From the NCBI GenBank assembly GCA_016744575.1, contig JADGEC010000003.1:108-64107 (forward strand): a DNA stretch of 64,000 nucleotides, in the 5' to 3' direction. Position 1 is the first letter of the stretch, and each line of letters opens with the position of its first letter. The position numbers and the translations under genes are program-made. This stretch comes from Sulfurimonadaceae bacterium. Lineage in GTDB: Bacteria; Campylobacterota; Campylobacteria; Campylobacterales; Sulfurimonadaceae. A model generated the notes under the pieces. That model saw only the letters and a program-made list of their open reading frames with translations. It was not told the origin of the DNA and ran no database searches. Shown here in pieces: positions 19,487 to 26,943 of the stretch.

Positions 19487-20553
19487 TACTACCTACTATC
19501 CTCGACTATACCAAAGAGCAGCTTGCCACACAGATCAAGCCAGCATTTCGTGCCAAACAGATCTACGGTTGGGTCTATCATCAATATGCCGAGAGCTATG
19601 ATACGATGCAGAACATCCCAAAAAGCCTTCGAGAAGAGTTACGTGGTAAATATATCATCAACCCTCTCAACACACTTCGTAAGGAAGAAGCTACTGATGG
19701 GACCATCAAGTACCTCTATGAACTACCTGATGGCAAGACCATCGAGACAGTCCTTTTACGTATGAAAGAGGAGAAGACAGATGAGACAGGTAAGATCACC
19801 CAAGAAGCCAAATATACTGTCTGTGTCTCTACTCAAGTCGGCTGTAAAGTCGGATGCTCTTTTTGTCTGACTGCCAAAGGTGGTTTTACTCGTGACCTTA
19901 CAGCGGGCGAGATCGTCGCCCAAGTGCTTGAAGTGAAGAAAGACAACGACCTTGCTGCACATCGTCGTATGAACATAGTCTACATGGGTATGGGTGAACC
20001 TCTAGATAATCTTGATAACCTGGCCAATGCCATCAAGATCATCAAGGATGAAGAGGGTCTCTGTATCTCAGGAAAGCGTCAGACCGTCTCTACGAGTGGT
20101 ATAAGCAGTAAGATAGATAAACTGGGCAAGATGGACCTCGGCGTCCATATCGCTATCTCACTGCATGCTGTGGATGATGAGCTTCGTACGGAGCTCATAC
20201 CGATGAACAAAGCCTATAACATCGCTTCGATCATTGATGCTGTCAAACGTTTTCCTATTGATGCCAGAAAACGAGTCATGTTCGAGTATCTGGTCATCCA
20301 AGACAAGAACGATGATATTGCTTCGGCGAAAAAGCTGGTCAAACTTCTGCATGGCATAAAAGCAAAAGTCAACCTGATCTATTTCAATCCTTATCCGGGA
20401 ACAGAGTATGCTCGCCCTACTCCGCAAGATATGGTCAAGTTCCAGGAGTATCTCATCACACATGGTCTCCTGTGTACCATTCGAGACTCAAAAGGAATCG
20501 ATATCAGTGCTGCATGTGGACAACTCAAAGAGAAGACAGAGGAAGAGCGATGA
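19483..20553 (+). CDS. rlmN: 23S rRNA/tRNA adenine-C2 methyltransferase, radical SAM
   Basis: CxxxCxxC cluster CKVGCSFCLT, MGMGEPLDN, C-terminal GIDISAACGQL; 356 aa. Confidence 0.93.
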   Translation: MILPTILDYTKEQLATQIKPAFRAKQIYGWVYHQYAESYDTMQNIPKSLREELRGKYIINPLNTLRKEEATDGTIKYLYELPDGKTIETVLLRMKEEKTDETGKITQEAKYTVCVSTQVGCKVGCSFCLTAKGGFTRDLTAGEIVAQVLEVKKDNDLAAHRRMNIVYMGMGEPLDNLDNLANAIKIIKDEEGLCISGKRQTVSTSGISSKIDKLGKMDLGVHIAISLHAVDDELRTELIPMNKAYNIASIIDAVKRFPIDARKRVMFEYLVIQDKNDDIASAKKLVKLLHGIKAKVNLIYFNPYPGTEYARPTPQDMVKFQEYLITHGLLCTIRDSKGIDISAACGQLKEKTEEER

Positions 20554-20645
20554 TGATAGAGTACTTTCAGATAGGTTTTTTAGTGATCGTAGTCACGGTA
20601 GGTGTCGGTGGCTTTATCTGGGCTATTAAGAACGATAAGTTCTGA
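20550..20645 (+). CDS. candidate 31-aa single-pass membrane peptide (not in the ORF track)
   Basis: ATG overlaps the rlmN stop (ATGA). Peptide is MMIEYFQIGFLVIVVTVGVGGFIWAIKNDKF. The tail FIWAIKNDKF weakly resembles the conserved WxxKxGQ(F/Y)DD segment of CcoS/FixS. Confidence 0.3.
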   Translation: MMIEYFQIGFLVIVVTVGVGGFIWAIKNDKF

Positions 20646-21059
20646 TTTGGCCCAATAAGCACTTATAACACTCTCCACCGCTATCTATTGCACATCTCTC
20701 TTTCTCACTTATAGAAATCTAATTTAATTATAAATCACATAAATAACCCATTTACTACTTATATAGATCTCTGCTCTTGATAAATGGAGCCACTACTGTC
20801 GCGAGGTAAGATGTCTTGTAGGAGTTTAAAAAGGTATCTATGATTGTTTTTGAAGAGAGGTAAACAGCCAACACACCAGGGAGGCCGTTTATGTCTGCAA
20901 TGGTATCACACAATGCTTATAGCAAACTAATACTCATAAAGCAGTGAATAGGCACGACTTCAACGCAAGGGATCTGCTCTGTAGATAGCATGATAATACG
21001 TACTATATCGGTGTGTTCTTTCACTTTCAGCAGGCTTCATATCTTCATAGGAGTATGTA

Positions 21060-21362
21060 GGTTTCACACCGTGCTCTAAAATGTGAATAAGAATAATCAT
21101 ATTTTCAAAATACCACTAAGATTCAGACTTTTTTTATCTAAATAATTTCTTAATTCACAAAGTGTGATTATTTTAGAAAATCCCTATTTTAGGGACTTTA
21201 AGTGATATTTTTATCTTAATTCACATACTCGTTCTAATTCTTATACTCCATATAAGTAGCTTTATTCACATATATTTAAAATGAAGATAAAAATGCTTAT
21301 CATTACCGACTTGTAACCACCAAGTATCACCTTTGTAATCAACTATTCTTATACTTTTCACA
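21060..21362. promoter_or_regulatory. cluster of DnaA-box-like 9-mers (TTATTCACA/TAATTCACA) in the AT-rich region upstream of the OlsF-like gene
   Basis: Perfect TTWTNCACA matches at 21082-21090 (reverse complement) and 21262-21270. One-mismatch TAATTCACA at 21151-21159 and 21217-21225, the latter two within the direct repeat CTTAATTCACA. CTTTTCACA at 21354-21362; GGTTTCACA at 21060-21068. Confidence 0.35.
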
Positions 21363-21405
21363 ACAAAGAGCAAGATCAGAACAAAAGAGCTCAAAGGAGT
21401 CACAG

Positions 21406-23124
21406 ATGATAAGCGTAGAAGGTGCTTTAAGACACCAGTATCCAAGACTTTTCCATTATCCGACCTATATCTCAAAGCCTACCATCAGTTTTTTCAAGCT
21501 GCTTTTTCATGAAGATAGTATTAATGATTTTCTTACAAAAAATAGTACCACTGGTCTAAGCTTTATTGATGCAGTACTTGATCATCTCAACATCTCCTAC
21601 AAAGTCGATAATAAGCAGATACAGAACATCCCATCACTTGGCAAAGTCATCATCGTCTCAAACCATCCTCTTGGCGCACTCGATGCGCTGGCCTTGATAA
21701 AACTGGTCACTTCTATCCGTCAAGATAAAAAAGTCAAGATAGTCGCAAATGACATGCTCTCTCAGTTCACACAGCTCAAAGAGTATCTTATCCCTATTGA
21801 CAACATAAGTGGGAGACTTTCTAAAAAAAGTCTACAGAGTATTGAAGAGGCATTGAACGATGATGAGGCTGTCCTCTTCTTTCCATCAGGGGAAGTATCT
21901 CGAGCCTATTTCAATGGCATAAAAGATGGTAAGTGGAAAAGTGGTTTTGTAAAGTTTTCTAAAAGGACACAGAGCCCCATTCTGCCTGTTTACATCAAAG
22001 CAAAGAACTCTACGCTCTTTTATGGTGTATCGTGGCTCTACAAGCCTTTTGGGACACTCCTGTTGGGTCACGAGATGATACGTGCACGTAACTCGGTATT
22101 TGAGTTCAATGTGGGAGAACTGATAGCCTCACATACTATCTCGGATATGCGGCTTGATCACAAGCAGCACGCAAGACTTTTTCGTAAGCATCTCTATCGC
22201 ATCGTGCATAATAAACGTGGTATCTATCAGACAGAACAGTGCATCGCACATCCAGAGTCCAGACAGGAGATAAAACAGGAGTTAATAAACAGTGAGCGTA
22301 TCGGTATGACCTCTGATAACAAGCATATCTACCTAGTCGAATATGAGAACGCACCAACACTGCTTAGTGAGATAGGAAGACTTCGTGAATACTCTTTTCG
22401 CAAAGTCGGTGAAGGTAGTGGACAACATCGAGACCTCGACAGATATGATAAGTTCTATCAACACCTACTCCTTTGGGATGATGATGCACTCGAAGTCGTT
22501 GGAGCTTATCGCATCGGTGAATGTGACTGGGTACTCTCCCGACTTGGAAAAAAAGGACTCTATATGAACGAGCTCTGCAAAATCGATGATCAAGCAGACG
22601 AGTACCTAAAGCAAGCTATAGAACTGGGTAGAAGTTTTGTCCAACCAAAATACTGGGGAACACGTGCACTGGACTATCTATGGCAAGGTATAGGAGCTTA
22701 CCTCAGTCACAATCCTCACATTAAGTATATGTATGGTCCCGTCAGTATTAGCGCGATGTATCCACGACATGCTCAAGAAGCACTCGTCTATTTCTATAAA
22801 AACTACTTTGGTGCTAAAGAACCCTCTATGCATGCTCGAACTCCTTACCGTCTCTCTCACTCCACAGCTCAGGAACTCGAAGTAAGGTTTAACGGAGATG
22901 ACTATCTCGCTGACTTTAGAGAACTTAAGAGATATCTCTGTGCCTTTAACGTGACTGTACCGACTCTCTTTAAACAGTACAGTGAGTTATGTGAAGAGGG
23001 AGGAGTACAGTTTATGGACTTTGGTATTGACACGGAGTTCAAGGACTGTATTGATGGTTATATCCTAGTCGAGATAAATAAGATAAAAGCAGTAAAACGA
23101 AAAAGGTATATAGATGCCGTTTAA
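21406..23124 (+). CDS. bifunctional acyltransferase, OlsF-like (N-terminal PlsC-type O-acyltransferase fused to a C-terminal OlsB/GNAT-type N-acyltransferase); candidate aminolipid (ornithine-lipid-type) synthase
   Basis: N-terminal domain has VSNHPLGALDAL (HX4-5D-type acyltransferase motif), FFPSGEVSR and PILPVYI. The C-terminal 250 aa look like the hemolysin/OlsB-type GNAT fold (YRIGE..., ELGRSFV). 572 aa and this domain order match OlsF. AAAGGAG RBS. Confidence 0.7.
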   Translation: MISVEGALRHQYPRLFHYPTYISKPTISFFKLLFHEDSINDFLTKNSTTGLSFIDAVLDHLNISYKVDNKQIQNIPSLGKVIIVSNHPLGALDALALIKLVTSIRQDKKVKIVANDMLSQFTQLKEYLIPIDNISGRLSKKSLQSIEEALNDDEAVLFFPSGEVSRAYFNGIKDGKWKSGFVKFSKRTQSPILPVYIKAKNSTLFYGVSWLYKPFGTLLLGHEMIRARNSVFEFNVGELIASHTISDMRLDHKQHARLFRKHLYRIVHNKRGIYQTEQCIAHPESRQEIKQELINSERIGMTSDNKHIYLVEYENAPTLLSEIGRLREYSFRKVGEGSGQHRDLDRYDKFYQHLLLWDDDALEVVGAYRIGECDWVLSRLGKKGLYMNELCKIDDQADEYLKQAIELGRSFVQPKYWGTRALDYLWQGIGAYLSHNPHIKYMYGPVSISAMYPRHAQEALVYFYKNYFGAKEPSMHARTPYRLSHSTAQELEVRFNGDDYLADFRELKRYLCAFNVTVPTLFKQYSELCEEGGVQFMDFGIDTEFKDCIDGYILVEINKIKAVKRKRYIDAV

Positions 23125-23449
23125 ACTTTAAGGGCACTTCTAATAACCCCGTGTGTCATCAGCGTTTCATACGACTTTGTGATCAAGGCAGGTCAGATGA
23201 GAACTATCTTGTCTTACCTTACTACCGTAACTGATTACGATGGCAAGGGACTAACGATACCTCGAATGAAAAATATGCTAAATGCATATTTTCATCGAGT
23301 AAGCTCTTATCGATGTATGAAACACCTTCGGGAGGTCTATCAAGTTCCTACTGTAAATATCAATTAGATAAGTCTTACTAACACTTCGTCTAAACAGTCA
23401 CTCTCTTCCACACCGTCTCATCCCAATAATCAGACTAAAAAGAGTGCGA

Positions 23450-23465
23450 TGTTTCACGTGAAACA
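23450..23465. other. parS site 1 (ParB/Spo0J-binding centromere palindrome TGTTTCACGTGAAACA)
   Basis: Perfect 16-bp palindrome identical to the consensus parS; non-coding. Confidence 0.85.
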
Positions 23466-23486
23466 AGTATGATCACCTCTTATACC

Positions 23487-23502
23487 TGTTTCACGTGAGA
23501 GC
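23487..23502. other. degenerate parS-like site (TGTTTCACGTGAGAGC, 13/16)
   Basis: Left half-site perfect, right half diverged; 21 bp from site 1. Confidence 0.5.
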
Positions 23503-24079
23503 ATAAGTCATAATTGCCATAGTATCCGTTTATAAAAAGTCAGTTCAAGCACTTATACCCGTTGTAGCTTATCTCTAATACTCATATATAAATACATTGA
23601 ACAGCAATATTTTAGTCAAATACATGTTTGATCTTTATCTGTTTTAGCAACTGACATAGATACTTATCAAAGCTTACGACATCTATTCAAAATACCATAA
23701 GTAGGGAGTTGAAGTGCCTATATTACTACAATATCATCCTGACATCTGTGTGTAAAGTATTCTTTATTCTAGGCATATATAAGAGTGTGATGTTGGTGAT
23801 CATTAGTAAACAAAGCTGTTGTCTTTTATATTACCAAGACCTCTTTCAATTTGACTATCACGTCTTTAGTAAGAGCATCTACAATTGGTTGATCTATAAA
23901 AAATTAGCTATAAGTCATACTGTCTATACACGGAACAACTGTTAATTAGTAAAATAGGTCAGCTACTAAATAAAGTAGTTAGCCGGTATGTGCGCCACGA
24001 CCTATAAACGAAACAAGACTATAGAAACAGTTATATATCTCAACAAAACTCACTAAATGGTAAGATTTCGAATCATAGA

Positions 24080-24095
24080 TGTTTCACGTGAAACA
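24080..24095. other. parS site 2 (core of a 26-bp perfect palindrome, 24075-24100)
   Basis: ATAGATGTTTCACGTGAAACATCTAT is a perfect palindrome; non-coding. Confidence 0.85.
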
Positions 24096-24487
24096 TCTAT
24101 TGTTAGCACATATAATACTCTATGATTAAGTATAAAAGCTCTATCAGATACGTCGACTTTCTATTATCTGTTCTCTCCTAACAAGTCATAACTTCAAGAC
24201 TAATACAATCTATACACCATAAAGTGTTACTCTCTATTGAATATAATATCACTTCAAGTACAGTAAGTAGGGAGTTCAAGAGAGCTTATCAATAGAAGGG
24301 CGCACTGCATTAAAGTCTCTTAATAGAGGAGAACACATACATTCATACTGGAAAACTAACACCCTTGTGATGTTCTACATTCAAATGCTTTATAACCCTA
24401 TCTACTCTTATGACTTTACTGTTAACGAACAGAGATCTTTAGCTCTACTTAACACCTCTATATTAACTCAATATAAGAGTAGTCAAA

Positions 24488-25408
24488 CTATACATCATCA
24501 AATCGCATTGCACTAAAAGCCTCTTTAATGAAGTCTTCTTTTGAGTGGATACTGTAACGATTCTCTTTATACTCAAAGTCTAATTGTGAGGCATGTAGTA
24601 AAAGCCGTGTTGCCCCACTAAGTTGAAGGCGTTCATCTGCTGTGATTTCTTTATCAAGAAACCGAAGTACATCTTTTTCATTTTGTCCATATATAGGATC
24701 ACCAACAATTGGATGTTTCACGTGAAACAAATGAACTCTTATTTGATGCTGTCTACCTGTAAAAGGTCTAGCCTTTACTAATGTCATATCTTTATCTGGA
24801 AAATACTGCAGTGGTTCTATCTCAGTTTTTGAATGTTTACCTTCACTATTGACTTTGACGACCATCCGAACCAATGCACTTTTATCTTCTCTTCTAAGCA
24901 GGGGTTCTTCTATAGTTGTTTCACGTGAAACATACCCATGCACTAATGCAAGATAAGACTTCTGCATCGCTCTTGCTTCGAACATCATCTTAAGGTCTCG
25001 CTCACTTTTCTTGTCACGAGAAGCCAATACCAGACCACTTGTCTCCTGGTCAATACGGTGAGTGATGTTAGCATCACTTCCGAAATAAAAACGTATCTCA
25101 TCGATCAATGAATAGGGTGTCTGACGACTTTGTGGATGGACTAAGACCCCACTTGGCTTATCAAACAAAGCAAACACAGGTGTGACAAATAGAGGTCTCA
25201 AACCTCTGCTTTTGGGCTCAAAACAGACAAACTCAAACTCACCGCTTACATAACCTGAGGCATTCACCATAGGAATCCCATCAACAAATACTCGTCCTCT
25301 AGATATCTGACTCTGAGCCTGTTTTTGTGTATAACCAAGTTCTCTTATTAGAAAGAGAAAGGCCTTTGTCTTATGAGGTGAAAATAGCTTTTTTAGTACA
25401 AAAGGCAT
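24488..25408 (-). CDS. RluA-family 23S rRNA/tRNA pseudouridine synthase (RluD/RluC-like, with an S4-like N-terminus)
   Basis: Catalytic motif HRIDQETSGLVL and GRQHQIRVHL...HPIVGDPIYG. Start set at 25408 (AAGGGAG RBS) rather than the track start at 25447. Confidence 0.9.
   Translation of the reverse strand: MPFVLKKLFSPHKTKAFLFLIRELGYTQKQAQSQISRGRVFVDGIPMVNASGYVSGEFEFVCFEPKSRGLRPLFVTPVFALFDKPSGVLVHPQSRQTPYSLIDEIRFYFGSDANITHRIDQETSGLVLASRDKKSERDLKMMFEARAMQKSYLALVHGYVSRETTIEEPLLRREDKSALVRMVVKVNSEGKHSKTEIEPLQYFPDKDMTLVKARPFTGRQHQIRVHLFHVKHPIVGDPIYGQNEKDVLRFLDKEITADERLQLSGATRLLLHASQLDFEYKENRYSIHSKEDFIKEAFSAMRFDDV
24714..24729. other. parS site 3, inside the pseudouridine synthase CDS
   Basis: Perfect TGTTTCACGTGAAACA; encodes LFHVKH on the minus strand. 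Confidence 0.85.
24917..24932. other. parS site 4, inside the pseudouridine synthase CDS (a different codon phase from site 3)
   Basis: Perfect TGTTTCACGTGAAACA; encodes VSRET on the minus strand. Confidence 0.85.
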
Positions 25409-25573
25409 GCTGATACTCCCTTGATCTAAACCCTTTATTAGAGTCACTTGGATATTATAAAAGACTTAAAAAAACCAGGCAAAAAAGCACTTGCTTCCTT
25501 ACCTGATTAGTATTATTGTGTGGCATTCTAACACAAACATGACTCTCATTTTATTTAGTAAAGGCAGTAACGG

Positions 25574-26902
25574 ATGATAGAAAGATACTCTCGTGAAGAG
25601 ATGAGCTCCAAGTGGACGATGCAGGCCAAATACCAGGCCTGGCTTGATGTTGAGAAAGCAGTGGTCAAGGCATGGAACAGACTGGGTCTGATACCTGATG
25701 AAGATGCTGACAATATCGTCAAGAACGCAGATTTTGATATAGCACGTATTGATGAGATCGAAGCAGTCACAAGACATGACCTCATAGCTTTCACCACTTC
25801 TGTCTCAGAGACACTAGGTGATGAGAGTCGTTGGTTCCATTATGGGATGACCTCTTCAGACACTATCGATACAGCCGTGGCCGTACAGATGAAAGACTCA
25901 CTACTTCTAGTCATCGAAGATGTCAAGATGATAATGGAGTCTATCAAGAAACGGGCTTATGAGCAGAAGATGACATTGATGGTCGGACGCTCTCACGGCA
26001 TACATGGTGAGCCTATTACGTTTGGTCTTGTGTTAGCTGTTTGGTATGATGAGATGGCTCGTCATCTTGAGAACCTGGAGCAGACGCTTGATGTTATATC
26101 AGTGGGCCAAGTGTCCGGAGCTATGGGTAACTTCGCTCACGCACCGTTAGAGCTCGAAGAGTACACATGTGAAGAGTTAGGCCTCAAAGCAGCACCAGCG
26201 TCCAACCAGGTCATCCAACGTGATCGTTATGCACGTTTGGCTACTACCCTGGCACTGATGGCGAGTACTATTGAGAAGTTTGCCGTTCAGGTCCGTCACT
26301 GGCAGCGGACTGAAGTGTATGAGTGTGAGGAGTTCTTTGCAAAAGGCCAGAAGGGTTCTTCTGCTATGCCTCACAAACGTAACCCTATCTTGACTGAGAA
26401 CATCACTGGTCTCGCACGCATGATCCGTGCCTATGCTATTCCAGCCATGGAGAACGTCTCACTCTGGCATGAGCGTGACATCTCACATAGTTCGACTGAA
26501 CGTTTTTGGTTACCGGACTCATTCATCACCACAGATTTTATGCTTCACCGCATGAACAACGTCATCGCCAACTTGGTGGTCTATCCTGAGAACATGATGA
26601 AGAACCTAAACCTTACAGGAGGTCTTGTCTTCTCGCAACGCGTCCTACTCGAACTCCCTAAACAAGGTGTCTCACGTGAGGATGCTTACCGTATTGTCCA
26701 GCGTAATGCTATGCAAGTCTGGGAAGGGTTGCAACAAGGTAAGCCTGCAGTCAACGAAGCAGGAGAGAGTCTCTACCTAGAGTACCTTCTTGGTGATGAT
26801 GAGTTGCGTAAGAGTCTAAGTGAAGAGACCATCAGAGACTGTTTTGATTATGGTTATTATACTAAGAATGTCGATAAGATATTCGAACGTGTCTTCAAGT
26901 AA
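25574..26902 (+). CDS. purB: adenylosuccinate lyase
   Basis: MIERYSREEM... N-terminus and fumarate-lyase signature GSSAMPHKRNP; 442 aa. Confidence 0.96.
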   Translation: MIERYSREEMSSKWTMQAKYQAWLDVEKAVVKAWNRLGLIPDEDADNIVKNADFDIARIDEIEAVTRHDLIAFTTSVSETLGDESRWFHYGMTSSDTIDTAVAVQMKDSLLLVIEDVKMIMESIKKRAYEQKMTLMVGRSHGIHGEPITFGLVLAVWYDEMARHLENLEQTLDVISVGQVSGAMGNFAHAPLELEEYTCEELGLKAAPASNQVIQRDRYARLATTLALMASTIEKFAVQVRHWQRTEVYECEEFFAKGQKGSSAMPHKRNPILTENITGLARMIRAYAIPAMENVSLWHERDISHSSTERFWLPDSFITTDFMLHRMNNVIANLVVYPENMMKNLNLTGGLVFSQRVLLELPKQGVSREDAYRIVQRNAMQVWEGLQQGKPAVNEAGESLYLEYLLGDDELRKSLSEETIRDCFDYGYYTKNVDKIFERVFK

Positions 26903-26943
26903 TATACAATAGAAACAGATTATACAGAGTATAAGGAAAGTAC

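Noticed and set aside
23134-23149. Exact 16-mer GCACTTCTAATAACCC shared between 23134-23149 and 47823-47838, each followed at a variable distance by TGATCAAGG
   Set aside because: One exact 16-mer pair is roughly what chance allows in a 64-kb AT-biased window (expectation of order 0.5-1). The flanks do not align further. This is not enough to call a repeat family or att-like site, but it would be worth a genome-wide count.
23179-23945. Track ORFs 23179..23367 (62 aa) and 23709..23945 (78 aa) in the gene-free region
   Set aside because: They have no convincing RBS and non-ATG or weak starts. Their composition (Tyr/Ile/Cys/Lys-rich) is typical of random translation of AT-rich DNA, and they show no motif. 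I treat them as non-coding unless expression data say otherwise.
20646-24487. Idea that the OlsF-like gene is a mobile cassette bounded by direct repeats (AGCACTTATAACACTC at about 20657 versus GGCACTTCTAATAACC at about 23133)
   Set aside because: Only about 12 of 16 positions match. There is no recombinase, no inverted terminal repeats and no clear target-site duplication. The similarity is within chance for AT-rich DNA.
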